A stretch of 53,719 bases of DNA from Candidatus Levyibacteriota bacterium. GTDB taxonomy: Bacteria; Patescibacteriota; Microgenomatia; Levybacterales; UBA12049. The notes beneath the pieces are model-generated. The model was not told where the DNA came from and made no database searches. It saw only the letters and a program-made list of their open reading frames with translations. Shown here in pieces: positions 39,263 to 49,466 of the stretch. Location: assembly GCA_016180725.1 (NCBI GenBank), contig JACPAR010000015.1, forward strand, positions 1-53,719. The letters are read 5' to 3'. The first letter of the stretch is position 1, and every line of letters begins with the position of its first letter. The position numbers were made by a program, and so were the translations under genes.

Positions 39263-40114
39263 ATGCCAAACGAATTTATACGCAATCTAAATATAAATCA
39301 AGAGAATAAGACTCCTGGAAGGTGGCCCGCTTCGACTCAGCGAGGCGAGCCAAAAGGACTCCTTCCAGGTGGCGTTGCCATGCCGGTTATCACAATCCTG
39401 GTATATTTTCTGACTAAAAATCCTTTAACTGGCAACCTAAAATTACAGTTCACGCTTTTAAGCATCATAGCTTTGTTAGTTTTTGGGTATTTTCTTAAGA
39501 AAAAAGGGCTATCTGTTATTCAAAATGTAGAATTTAATTATCTTCTAACAGTTGCTGTGCTGTTTTTGATTGCCTCCACCGGCTGGTTTTTCTCTCCCTT
39601 TTTCTTTGTTTTATACCTTTGGGCAATATTTTTGGCTTTTATCTTTTCACCTACGGCTTCCTTAGGTTTTATTATTACCCTGGTAATCCTTTTTTCTTTT
39701 AATATTGGACAGGTAGACTTAGCTTATGACTTTATGATTGTCTTATCATTACTCACCACAATCCCGTTAAGTCTATATCTTAGAAAAGAATATCTTCGGC
39801 TTAAAGAATCGGAAAAAGAAATTTTGGTACTGCAAAAACAGAAAGAAAATTTTAACAGCATAGTTGAGGAAGTGTTAGCCAATAAAATCAGCAGTATTGC
39901 AGCGAATTTAAGACAGCCGATTAATGATATTAAGCAGTTAGCTTTTAGAATGGGAGATATTAAGGAAAAACAAAAATTAGAAACTGACAGGGAAAGAATA
40001 CTTGCTTCCTCAGAAGAAGCCCTAAGGGTTCTAAAAGAATTTGAAGAACAATCAACAGGAAAGAAATTAGTAGTTAACCCCGGCTCTCCTCAGGCGGCTC
40101 CAGGAACTTCTTAA
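39263..40114 (+). CDS. Membrane protein with degenerate HisKA-like C-terminus
   Basis: About 5 TMs, coiled coil, SIAANLRQPIN at the H-box position without His; no HATPase domain. Confidence 0.6.
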   Translation: MPNEFIRNLNINQENKTPGRWPASTQRGEPKGLLPGGVAMPVITILVYFLTKNPLTGNLKLQFTLLSIIALLVFGYFLKKKGLSVIQNVEFNYLLTVAVLFLIASTGWFFSPFFFVLYLWAIFLAFIFSPTASLGFIITLVILFSFNIGQVDLAYDFMIVLSLLTTIPLSLYLRKEYLRLKESEKEILVLQKQKENFNSIVEEVLANKISSIAANLRQPINDIKQLAFRMGDIKEKQKLETDRERILASSEEALRVLKEFEEQSTGKKLVVNPGSPQAAPGTS

Positions 40115-40463
40115 TATTTTGCAGAAACTGGTCAGGATTCATGTCTGATTTAATGAGGTAAGATTTAGCTCCGTTTTGCATGGCTTCATCTATAACTTTA
40201 TCATGGGCTAAATTAGTAAGAAGTATAATGGGGCCATTGGCCAGTTTGGCAGGGTTTTCTTTAAGCTCTTTTAAAAACCCCAAGCCATCTAATTTAGGCA
40301 TCATGGCATCAAGTAAAATTAAATCAAAACCACCTTCCTGGGCTTTGAGTAATCCTTCCTGGCCATCAACAGCAGTTTCAACCTGGTATTTTTCACCTTC
40401 CAAAACTTCACGGTAAACATCACGGATATACTGGTCATCATCAATTACTAATACTTTTTTCAT
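40074..40463 (-). CDS. Single-domain response regulator (receiver)
   Basis: VLVIDDD, LLDAMMPKLDG, LTN, YLIKS. Confidence 0.93.
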   Translation of the reverse strand: MKKVLVIDDDQYIRDVYREVLEGEKYQVETAVDGQEGLLKAQEGGFDLILLDAMMPKLDGLGFLKELKENPAKLANGPIILLTNLAHDKVIDEAMQNGAKSYLIKSDMNPDQFLQNIKKFLEPPEESRG

Positions 40464-40531
40464 CTGGTTTTAGAATAGCAAATAACCTTGGATATTGCAA
40501 TTGTTTTTTTCTTTAAGAATTTAACAAAAAA

Positions 40532-43201
40532 TCAACCTATATGTCTTCTAATAAGTTTTCTAATTTCTTCAACTAATACAATTGATGCTGCAATAGAAAT
40601 AATTAATAGCCAGTCTTGTAAACTCAAAACGGTTGTATGAAGTATATTTTGCATTAAGGGATTATAAATCGCAAAAAGCTGCAAAATAATAACAGTTAAG
40701 GTAGCACCAACTAAAAACCTATTTGAGAACGGATTTAATTGAAAAATAGATTTGCTTTCATGTCTGCAGTTCCAGGCATTAAACCACTGGAAAACTGCCA
40801 GTACTGTTAGTGACACTGTCCATGCTTTTACCATATCCTGCTGATAATAGCCTTTGAACAAAAACAGTGTTCCTATCATCATTGGTATTGCCATCAAAAA
40901 CATTCTTTGAGCAGTTAATCCGTCTATTAAATACTTTTTTGGATGTTCAAAAGTGCCTTTTAGCAAACCTTCTTCTTTAGGTTCCATAGCCAAAGACACA
41001 TCAAGAAAACCATCAGTCACAAAGTTTAGCCACACAATTTGGGCTGCTAAAATTGGTAATGGAAAACCTAGAAGCAATGCCCCTATAATGGTAAATGCTT
41101 CACCAAAACCGGTTGAAAAAAGATACAGAATAACCTTTTTAATGGTCTTATAAATACTCCTGCCTTCCTCTACTGCTGAAATAATACTGGCAAAGTTATC
41201 ATCAAGCAAGACTATATCTGAAGCCTCTTTGGCTACTTCCGTACCAATCTTACCCATAGAAACACCTAAATCTGCTGCTACCAAAGAGGGAGCATCGTTA
41301 ACACCATCTCCAGTCATAGCTACAATAACACCTTTTCTTTTATATGCCCTGACAATCTTTAACTTATGGTCCGGTGTAACTCGGGCAAAAACAGATACTT
41401 TAGGGAGCATATCAGCAAACTCATCATCAGAAAGTGAATCAATATCTTCCCCTGTTAGAATAGTGTCTCCTTCATGGTAAATGCCAGCCTCTTTGGCGAT
41501 AGCTTGAGCTGTTATTTTGTGATCTCCAGTAATCATTACTACCTTAATTCCGGCAGATATAGCTTTTCGCATAGCATCATGGACTTCTGGACGAAGTGTA
41601 TCTTTTAGACCAAAAAACCCTACAAAAGTAAGTCCTTCCACATCTTTAGGTTTAATATCATCATTGACATCATCCTTTAAGGCAAAAGCCAGAACTCTTA
41701 GCCCTTCTTGGGATATTTTGACTAACATTGCCTCAAGCTCTTTTTTCTTCTCCTGGGATAAAGGATGACTTTTGCCTTCATGCCAAACTTTAGTTGTAAG
41801 TTTTAAAATCTCCTCAGAAGCACCAAGCACAGTCAAATTTACCTGTCCATCAATTTTGTGTGAAACAGCATGGTATTTATTTTTGTAATCAAATGGTATT
41901 TCAGACAGCCTGGGAGATTCTTTCTCTAAAACTTGCTTTTGAAACCCTACCTTTTGGGCAAAGACTGACAAAGAGGACTCTGTTGGATCGCCAGTTGCCT
42001 GCCACTGCTTTAATTCCTTATCAAAAACCACTCCATTATTAGTAACAAAAGCTGCTAGTTTGCCTGCTAAAAGTAATTCTGGGTGATTAAGAGGGTCAAT
42101 TTTACTGTCATTTAAAATTACTTCTCCCTCTGGTTTATAACCTTCACCAGTTACGCTGAATGTTTTTCCGTCAACATAGACCTTCTGCAACAGTATTTCA
42201 TTTTTGGTAAGAGTGCCTGTTTTATCAACAGCAATTACCCTGGCTTGCCCTAAGGCTTCAACTGCCTGAAGTTTTTTAACCAAAGCATTCCTTTTACTCA
42301 TTCTCCAAACACCTGTTGCCAGCACTAAAGTCATAACAATTGGTAGACCTTCGGGAATAATAGATACTGCCAAGGACACAACTGTTGTAAACATTTCTCT
42401 TACTGAATGACCTAAGAAAATTCCTATGGTGAATATAGAAGTACAAATAGTAGCAACAGTAATAATGATTAACCTGGTAAGGTAACGAATATTGGCTTTA
42501 AGGGGTATTTCGGTATTGATAACAGCAATTTCTTTTGAGATTTTACCTAAAACTGTTTCCAGCCCTGTGGCAACAACAATTGCTTTTCCATTACCGGCCA
42601 CAACATTGGTTCCTTTAAAGACCATATTTCTTTGATCAGCAGTTGGTAAGTTTTGAGTAGATAATACTTCATCAAATTTAGAAACTGGCTGGGATTCACC
42701 GGTCATGGCAGCTTCATTAATTGTGAGATTGTTTGATTCAATTATTCTGCCGTCAGCCGGTACTTTATCTCCTTCTTGTAAAATAACCACATCTCCTGGT
42801 ACAACCTCATAGTCAGGGATAACCATCTCTTTGCCATCACGCAGGACTTTAGTATTAGTCTCAGCAAACTTTTTTAAAGCTAGTAGAGTATTTTGAGCCT
42901 TACCTTCCTGGATTGCGCCAACTATTGCATTAAAGAAAAGTACAAACAGAATAATGGAGCCATCAATAAATTCCTTCATAAAAAACACAATTAAACTGGC
43001 AATAAGGAGGACATAAATAAGAGGGCTTTGGAATTGTCGAAGAAAGATGATTACTAGATTGTCTAATTTGGCTTCTGGAAGTTTATTAAACCCGTACATT
43101 GCAAGACGATTTTTTGCTTCTTCCTCTATTAAACCATTTTCATTGGAATTAAGTATTTCAAAAACACTAGAAACATTTTTGGAGTACCAAGCATTTTCCA
43201 T
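40532..43201 (-). CDS. P-type (IIA-like) cation-transporting ATPase
   Basis: TGES, IPEGLP, DKTGTLT, TGDH, TGDGVNDAPSL. Confidence 0.95.
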   Translation of the reverse strand: MENAWYSKNVSSVFEILNSNENGLIEEEAKNRLAMYGFNKLPEAKLDNLVIIFLRQFQSPLIYVLLIASLIVFFMKEFIDGSIILFVLFFNAIVGAIQEGKAQNTLLALKKFAETNTKVLRDGKEMVIPDYEVVPGDVVILQEGDKVPADGRIIESNNLTINEAAMTGESQPVSKFDEVLSTQNLPTADQRNMVFKGTNVVAGNGKAIVVATGLETVLGKISKEIAVINTEIPLKANIRYLTRLIIITVATICTSIFTIGIFLGHSVREMFTTVVSLAVSIIPEGLPIVMTLVLATGVWRMSKRNALVKKLQAVEALGQARVIAVDKTGTLTKNEILLQKVYVDGKTFSVTGEGYKPEGEVILNDSKIDPLNHPELLLAGKLAAFVTNNGVVFDKELKQWQATGDPTESSLSVFAQKVGFQKQVLEKESPRLSEIPFDYKNKYHAVSHKIDGQVNLTVLGASEEILKLTTKVWHEGKSHPLSQEKKKELEAMLVKISQEGLRVLAFALKDDVNDDIKPKDVEGLTFVGFFGLKDTLRPEVHDAMRKAISAGIKVVMITGDHKITAQAIAKEAGIYHEGDTILTGEDIDSLSDDEFADMLPKVSVFARVTPDHKLKIVRAYKRKGVIVAMTGDGVNDAPSLVAADLGVSMGKIGTEVAKEASDIVLLDDNFASIISAVEEGRSIYKTIKKVILYLFSTGFGEAFTIIGALLLGFPLPILAAQIVWLNFVTDGFLDVSLAMEPKEEGLLKGTFEHPKKYLIDGLTAQRMFLMAIPMMIGTLFLFKGYYQQDMVKAWTVSLTVLAVFQWFNAWNCRHESKSIFQLNPFSNRFLVGATLTVIILQLFAIYNPLMQNILHTTVLSLQDWLLIISIAASIVLVEEIRKLIRRHIG

Positions 43202-43338
43202 AAGTTAATAGCTGCTACCATTTCTAGTTTATCATTATTTTCGTTATCATGTTGCCAATCTACTTTGAATTTCTGGTGGTTTCGAGTGGACAATTCTCAC
43301 TAAAGCATCCCTTTTAGACAATGTGATAATATAGGGGT

Positions 43339-44646
43339 ATGACAAGATGGAAGCATGTGTTTAGGAAAACGTATTTGATCATTGTATCCCTCGCCGCATT
43401 ACTGGCTACTGCTGTCTTTTTTATCCTGCAATCTCCTAATCCGAAGACATCTATAGCGGAGTTTACCGGAGAAATCAGCGGACTTCCGCCATCAAGTACT
43501 GGTACCGCTTCAAAAAGCGCAGTTCTTAATGTTGTAGATCCGACTACCGTGCAACTAATCACCGGAAAAGAAATTGAAGGTAGTTTTTCTTCATACCAAA
43601 TAGAAACCTCTCCCGGCCGGAGGATGGCAATCCTGAAAGTATGGGATTTTGACAGTAAGGTTTTGTACAGCGGCTCAAGCAGGATTTTTAATCTTTCCGC
43701 AGGGCAGACTCAAAAGGCGGATATTGCACTTAAAGAGGCAGGTGCTTTCAATGACATTTCTGCTCCGGTGTCTTTCCAACCTGCGGTCTTTAACACCCTT
43801 ACTATATTCTCCAAAAGTTTCATTGCCCATGCGGCAGAAGAAAAACCGGTTTTTGCTGTCATCCACAAACCCGGACCACGCGGACCATATTCAGACCAGG
43901 TAGCAGATGTTCAACTCACCTTAGTTTTAAGCGGCAACAGTGTAATAGCAACCGATCAACAATCACTGGATGCTATCGATGAAGAGCGCAATTTAAAAGA
44001 TCTTGCTCCCGATACGTACGGGGATTTTAAGCCTTTAGAACCAAATTTTGTGGTGGAATTGGATATAAAGTTTGACCTTACCTGGCCGATAATAACAATT
44101 TCGTTAATAAATGTGGAAAATCAGGAAGTAATCTGGAAAGACACAACAGATTCTAGAGTAGAGACGAAAGCTTATGGTTTTAGTAATATTGTTAATCTTG
44201 CCGCAGAAAAATTAGTTACAAGTCTTAGCGGAAAAGGTCCAAATCCGGTTAAGCTCCCCGCATTTACTCCATCAATCCCAAAACCTGTCAAATCAATGGC
44301 CCAGTGGAGAATAAAGTTAAGAAAGTTACTGGGTTTGGACAAACAATCCGAATCCAAACCCCAATCATTACCGCCTCCAACCACAGCGCCTAAGCTATCT
44401 TGTAACATCCCAGCTTTTCGGGAATGCGCGAACACTTTTAGTTTGCAGGTATGTATTGACGCATGCCCGTATGTAGATACCGTTTGTCCGGCCAGCGCGC
44501 CGCCGAACACTGAGTGCAAAGAAACGGACAAGGCTTGTTCCGATGCTTGCTGGAACAAAGCCGATGCGCATATTAACAATTGCTTGACAGTAAACAACTG
44601 CACCAAGGAAGAAGTTATTGCTGGCGGTGGCGGAGCACAAAGGTAA
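43339..44646 (+). CDS. Secreted protein with Cys-rich C-terminal domain
   Basis: N-terminal TM, Pro linkers, 10 Cys in the last ~80 aa. Confidence 0.75.
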   Translation: MTRWKHVFRKTYLIIVSLAALLATAVFFILQSPNPKTSIAEFTGEISGLPPSSTGTASKSAVLNVVDPTTVQLITGKEIEGSFSSYQIETSPGRRMAILKVWDFDSKVLYSGSSRIFNLSAGQTQKADIALKEAGAFNDISAPVSFQPAVFNTLTIFSKSFIAHAAEEKPVFAVIHKPGPRGPYSDQVADVQLTLVLSGNSVIATDQQSLDAIDEERNLKDLAPDTYGDFKPLEPNFVVELDIKFDLTWPIITISLINVENQEVIWKDTTDSRVETKAYGFSNIVNLAAEKLVTSLSGKGPNPVKLPAFTPSIPKPVKSMAQWRIKLRKLLGLDKQSESKPQSLPPPTTAPKLSCNIPAFRECANTFSLQVCIDACPYVDTVCPASAPPNTECKETDKACSDACWNKADAHINNCLTVNNCTKEEVIAGGGGAQR

Positions 44647-44719
44647 TTACTACAAGAGCTTTATCCGCAACCCTAGATGAACAATTTTTAGGACTTTTTT
44701 AAGGTAAGGGTTTGTCCAT

Positions 44720-45040
44720 TTAATAAATGGGGGTACCAGCATTTTTGTCGTTTTGAATCCGCCCCAGTAAGATAAACAGTTCAGTTATCGCTTCGACATC
44801 ATCTTCACCAACAACATTAAACTTTTCCTGACAGGCTTCGGAGAATAACTCCTCTTTCTTAAGATTACAAATAGTAGCCCGTGCTTCTGCTGCTGATACT
44901 TCGGGCATTAGTTGCGATGGAGTTATCGGTATTTTTTCTCCTCTTGATTGTTGTTGCCCCAAGAATAAAACTGCCAGAACAATGATAATTATTATGGCAA
45001 TAATAAGACCTGGGAGTGCAAATCTTTTTTGTTTTTTTAT
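44720..45040 (-). CDS. Small membrane-anchored protein, start codon reads ATA
   Basis: Frame extends to 45040: IKKQKRFALPGLIIAIIIIIVLAVLFLGQQQ; ATAA overlap with the upstream stop. Confidence 0.5.
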   Translation of the reverse strand: MKKQKRFALPGLIIAIIIIIVLAVLFLGQQQSRGEKIPITPSQLMPEVSAAEARATICNLKKEELFSEACQEKFNVVGEDDVEAITELFILLGRIQNDKNAGTPIY

Positions 45041-46206
45041 TTTCTTCCCTTACTCCTTTTCTTCAAAAATAAAACAGTGCCACCAATAATTGCTATTAAA
45101 ACTAAACTCACTATACCGACTTTAACAAGTGACAGTTTTTGGGCAATAACCATTACTCCCGGCTTATCACCTTCTGGTTTAACACTAACTGTTTTCCCAT
45201 CTTTGGTTTTGACTTCTACCTCACCTTCATAGACAACAACTGCTACCAATTTTTTATCGGTGTCTTTCAAAACCCAAAAATGGGTTCTGCTGACTGTTAC
45301 CCCCAACCAGCCTGCATCTACACCAAATTTATTTTCCGTAGGGTTGTTATTTCTTACTCTTACCTCTATTTCTCCTTCACTCAATTCTACAATGTGAGAG
45401 GTAACCCCATTGGCTTTAACCGGTTCTTGAAATTTAATCTTCTCCCAGTTACTAGATTGCATCACCGCCCCCGAATCCTCACCCCAAGAATATTTCTTGA
45501 TATTCTGCATTCCGGGAATGACAACAAACACAGGTTCGCCTTGAGGAACAGGCCGTATCCAAGCGTCCGCTTCAACCTTATCATTGATCCGCCCTTTTTT
45601 GTCAGCCTCCTTCATAGCCTCTTCGTACCACCATGGTTTTGTCTCCGCTTCCTTTTGACTAATACTTTTTCTGCCGAACAGGTTAAGAAAGCCTCCTTCC
45701 AGAGATTCTTCCAAATCACCGCTTGCGAAAAATTCCGAAACTTCAGCTACTTCTCTTAATCTCAACCAAGTTTGATAGGGATTAATGCCCAAAAACTCCA
45801 ACCATGACGGTCCCTCTTTTTGGCTTGGTGACGAAGTTTCCTTTTTTGAATCCAAAGTTGGGAGATTTTTGCTCTGGCCTTCATCTACTTCGGAAACTGT
45901 AGGAGTTTTTGGCTTAGCCGACAAACATGCTTTATAATCAGCCTCTACCTGTTTTTCACATGCGTCTTTAGATTGAGTACAGGTCTTATAGCACGCGCTT
46001 ACATCTTTGGTTTGATCTACGCATGGATAATAACATTTAGTCCATCCTGTCAAACAATTATATGAGGCGCGGGCACGGATTTTGTCACATTCCTCTATTG
46101 TCTGGGCATTGGCTTCCGGAGACAAGAAAAGCACAGCAGTTAAAATAAGCAGTACGGGCAGGATGCCTGCCCGCCAAAACTTTAGCGTAGACGGGAATTT
46201 TTTCAT
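45037..46206 (-). CDS. Secreted Cys-rich protein with FecR-like beta domain and C-terminal TM anchor
   Basis: Signal peptide, 8 Cys, THFWV..VYEGEVEV, TM + KKR tail; paralog of 47400-48443. Confidence 0.75.
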   Translation of the reverse strand: MKKFPSTLKFWRAGILPVLLILTAVLFLSPEANAQTIEECDKIRARASYNCLTGWTKCYYPCVDQTKDVSACYKTCTQSKDACEKQVEADYKACLSAKPKTPTVSEVDEGQSKNLPTLDSKKETSSPSQKEGPSWLEFLGINPYQTWLRLREVAEVSEFFASGDLEESLEGGFLNLFGRKSISQKEAETKPWWYEEAMKEADKKGRINDKVEADAWIRPVPQGEPVFVVIPGMQNIKKYSWGEDSGAVMQSSNWEKIKFQEPVKANGVTSHIVELSEGEIEVRVRNNNPTENKFGVDAGWLGVTVSRTHFWVLKDTDKKLVAVVVYEGEVEVKTKDGKTVSVKPEGDKPGVMVIAQKLSLVKVGIVSLVLIAIIGGTVLFLKKRSKGRK

Positions 46207-46215
46207 AAAAGCTAA

Positions 46216-47403
46216 TTAAAAAATACTCTGAACTTTTTTAGTCAGATTACCATCTTCGTCGCGAGCTGTAACAGTCACTATCGCATCAACACATTCTCCT
46301 GGAGTATTATAACGCCATTCTACATCCCCTCCTCCAACTGTCGAGCCAACAAAATACCCACAATTTATTTTCCAGAAATAAGTAAGCTTACTACCCTCGG
46401 GATCACTGGCAACAGGTTTCAATAGGTACCTGTGAGGTAATTCTTCATAAGAACCATGAAGCTGCGTATAATCGACTCTTTCTATCACTGGAGACTTGTT
46501 AACTGTTTTTCCCGCTCTCTCTTCTCCCGAGCATTTCACCTCTCTGCCTACAAGCACTTTTTGATCAAACGGTTCAGTGTGTGCAAAATCCCTTTTCTCA
46601 TCAGCAGCGTGTCTAAAAATTGCTGTCCATTCACCTCTAAGACGGGCATCAAGATTAATCAAAGCTGAACCTTCTTTTCTACAAAAGAAGGTTTCTTGGG
46701 TAGAAACAGAATTGAATGATTTAAGTGTGGTTAAAGCCGGACGATCTTCAACTAGAACTGGACCTACAACTTCACTAGTCTGGTCAACAATAAACCTGCC
46801 TTTAACGTTTGAAGTGCTAATGTTGTCTGTAGTTTTAGTCTCAGGATCTAAAACGAAAGTCACAAGTTTACCTGTGTTTTCTATTGCTGCATGTACCAAG
46901 AATGAATCAGCAAAATCAACTGGCTCAAGAGGCCCAGTTATATCTATCTTGAAAAATCCAAAGGTAACAACTAAGGAGCTAAAATGATTTATTTCCGTGA
47001 AGATTTTAGTCTTACCTTTTGTATCTACTACCACCTTTACATTTTTAGGAGTCACTAAATCATTACCAGAAAAATGAGAAATTATAGGGATCGAGTCTCC
47101 TGCTTCAAGAGTAATTTCAACAATGATTGGTTGAGATACTGTTAAACCACTTGGGGCCAACTCATATACTAAAACATTATCGTCATCTTGGGCCACCCGC
47201 TTTACAGAAATATCGCTTGTCGACATACCCTGGGGCAAGCTAACTTTAGGAATTGTAAGAACGACCTTTCCGTCATCAGAAGTAAACTTCAATATCTTAC
47301 TGGAACTGCGGTTTGTGAGCCAGACTGCTGCTCCAACAACAAGCAGGATTAAAATAAGGATCGCAATATGTACTGCCTTTTGGGTAAAAAAAGGATGCTT
47401 CAT
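46216..47403 (-). CDS. Membrane-anchored ZU5-like/PKD-like domain protein
   Basis: LTIPK.SL, YELAPSGL..PI, INHFS; C-terminal ASDPEG..LTYFW..VTVTARDEDG. Confidence 0.65.
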   Translation of the reverse strand: MKHPFFTQKAVHIAILILILLVVGAAVWLTNRSSSKILKFTSDDGKVVLTIPKVSLPQGMSTSDISVKRVAQDDDNVLVYELAPSGLTVSQPIIVEITLEAGDSIPIISHFSGNDLVTPKNVKVVVDTKGKTKIFTEINHFSSLVVTFGFFKIDITGPLEPVDFADSFLVHAAIENTGKLVTFVLDPETKTTDNISTSNVKGRFIVDQTSEVVGPVLVEDRPALTTLKSFNSVSTQETFFCRKEGSALINLDARLRGEWTAIFRHAADEKRDFAHTEPFDQKVLVGREVKCSGEERAGKTVNKSPVIERVDYTQLHGSYEELPHRYLLKPVASDPEGSKLTYFWKINCGYFVGSTVGGGDVEWRYNTPGECVDAIVTVTARDEDGNLTKKVQSIF

Positions 47404-48443
47404 TTTTTCTTTTTCAAAATTAAGACCACTGTTCCAATAGCCACCGCCAAAACCAAACCAAACATAGCAAGCTTGGCAAGTGAAAGTTTTTGAGCAACCA
47501 CAACTACTCCTGGCTTACCATCTTGAGGTTCAACAGTCATAACTTTTCCATCCTTAGTTTTTACCTTCACCTGCCCTTGATAAACCCCCACTATTGTCTC
47601 TTTTGTTGGTTCATGGGTTATCCAATAGTGAGTACCAATAATAAAAAGATCTATAAATTCTGTACTTGCATCATGTTGTCCCTCCAGCTCAACAGTACCG
47701 TTTAAAATATTTATGGGACCGGTTTCCGGCAAGGTCGCTTCTGAACCAGGCGTAATGATAATTACAGTACCATCTGAAGAGAACAACTTGACTGGCTCAT
47801 CAATGGCTTTAATTGTCGATCCTAATGGAAAATCCCACAAACGTGCCTTGTCTATCTTAATAAATTCCGATGAACCCGGTAATTTAATCAGTCCCGTCTC
47901 GGAAAAACTCATACCTAAATAAAACTTATTTTTTGCACCTGCTTTTTTTGCTGCTTCTTTATCTTCCTGAGTAATATTTGGCGTTCTTTCCAGTTGAGCG
48001 CCAGTTTCAATTTTTTCAATATTCAAATCTAAACCATTGGAAATAATCCAATCATTTACTTGTTGCGCGTTCGTTAGCCAGCTTTCATTGGACGAAACCT
48101 CGGGTTCTTTTTTTAACCTGGCTATGTCAGGCTTTTTATCGGACTTCCTGCAAGCCCAGAAATCCTCCAGGGCTTTGGCGCTACAGTCAGAACTTTTTTC
48201 GCTGCACTGCTCTCTTTTTGTACATCTTGAATAAACTTCTCCGGAATTAAAATAAGTATCCCCGTCCGGTTTTTTTGTTTCCTCACCGCATAAATGAATA
48301 CAGGCATTAAAATTTTCCGTGCATTTTTTCATATCCTGATCAAAAATAGGCCTGCATTCAGCATCAGTACCTGCATAAGTTACATGAGGGCTCAGAAGAA
48401 AAATAAAAACAACTAAAATTATGGGCAGGATAAATTTTTTCAT
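47400..48443 (-). CDS. Secreted Cys-rich protein with FecR-like beta domain and C-terminal TM anchor
   Basis: Signal peptide, 8 Cys, GTHYWI..VYQGQVKVKTKDGK..KPGVVVVAQKLSL shared with the paralog. Confidence 0.75.
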   Translation of the reverse strand: MKKFILPIILVVFIFLLSPHVTYAGTDAECRPIFDQDMKKCTENFNACIHLCGEETKKPDGDTYFNSGEVYSRCTKREQCSEKSSDCSAKALEDFWACRKSDKKPDIARLKKEPEVSSNESWLTNAQQVNDWIISNGLDLNIEKIETGAQLERTPNITQEDKEAAKKAGAKNKFYLGMSFSETGLIKLPGSSEFIKIDKARLWDFPLGSTIKAIDEPVKLFSSDGTVIIITPGSEATLPETGPINILNGTVELEGQHDASTEFIDLFIIGTHYWITHEPTKETIVGVYQGQVKVKTKDGKVMTVEPQDGKPGVVVVAQKLSLAKLAMFGLVLAVAIGTVVLILKKKK

Positions 48444-48445
48444 TG

Positions 48446-49414
48446 TTACTGCGCCTTTTCTGCGGGCGGCTTATAATTTGGATTGAAATACTTGTAAAAA
48501 TCTTGAATTTCACTATAAATTCTTTGTGATTCTGCCGCTAAACCATTATATCGATAAACCATATTGTTATATTGTCCTAGTAAATTGTTGAAGTTTGTTG
48601 CGTCGCCTGCGTTTTGATATGCAGTCAGCTGGTTTTGCATCGAAGTAAGTTGAGGAGCAAGCGTTCCCAATTCATATTTAATCTCATCCATTCTTCTCAC
48701 CCTGCTGTTGAATCCTCCGTTTTTAAAAAGCCCTACAACTTTTGGCCGGTCGCTAAAATACTGTTTATAATATTCTTCTAGTTCCGGTGAAAGATCACTA
48801 TACTCAACTCCAAACTTAGAATGCAATTCGCTGAGAAAACTTTGTTTAATTTTCTTTTCATCTTTTGCTTTCTCCAAAATGCTCTTTACAGAAAGCAGAT
48901 GAGAATCATCTGCATGTTTTGAGAATTCTTGTTCGAGTAAGGAATTAACATTAGTTTTTTCATCCGGACTTAACCGATCATATATTGCATGTAACATTTC
49001 GTGTATTGCGGCTGCATATTTGTGATCGGCAAACTGCGGATCATCAATCTTTAAAAGATGTATCTGCCGTCCGCCAAACGGTCCTCCCCCTCGCTTTGGC
49101 CCAATGCAAGCAAGCGCCTCTACTCCATTAACAAGACAATACTTTCTAAAAACTTCTCCGTTAACAAATTCCGGCTGTGCCCGATAAAATGCTGCTTTCC
49201 CTTTACCTGTGAGGGTATTTTTTTCGGCAATCTCTACTATTTCGGCAGTTGGCTGATACGTTTTTAATACTTCTTCATCAGACTTTCTAAGATCTGCCGT
49301 TGCAAAAAAGAAAAAACCTCCAATAAGAAGCACAAGAACAAAAATTACAATCAAAGCTATGGTCAAACATCCCATGCCTTTTTTTTCTTGGGGTCCTTTT
49401 GATTTCTGCGCCAT
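48446..49414 (-). CDS. Membrane-anchored zincin-like metallopeptidase with C-terminal coiled coil
   Basis: AIHEMLHAIY (HExxH), downstream ELHS. Confidence 0.7.
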   Translation of the reverse strand: MAQKSKGPQEKKGMGCLTIALIVIFVLVLLIGGFFFFATADLRKSDEEVLKTYQPTAEIVEIAEKNTLTGKGKAAFYRAQPEFVNGEVFRKYCLVNGVEALACIGPKRGGGPFGGRQIHLLKIDDPQFADHKYAAAIHEMLHAIYDRLSPDEKTNVNSLLEQEFSKHADDSHLLSVKSILEKAKDEKKIKQSFLSELHSKFGVEYSDLSPELEEYYKQYFSDRPKVVGLFKNGGFNSRVRRMDEIKYELGTLAPQLTSMQNQLTAYQNAGDATNFNNLLGQYNNMVYRYNGLAAESQRIYSEIQDFYKYFNPNYKPPAEKAQ

Positions 49415-49466
49415 AAAGTTATATATTAATATATTAATCTTAAAATTTAGACTAAGTCAAGGCTTA

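Noticed and set aside
43274-43291. tRNA 3'-end-like sequence on the minus strand (GTCCACTCGAAACCACCA) as an att site
   Set aside because: No T-loop or cloverleaf and no partner repeat seen
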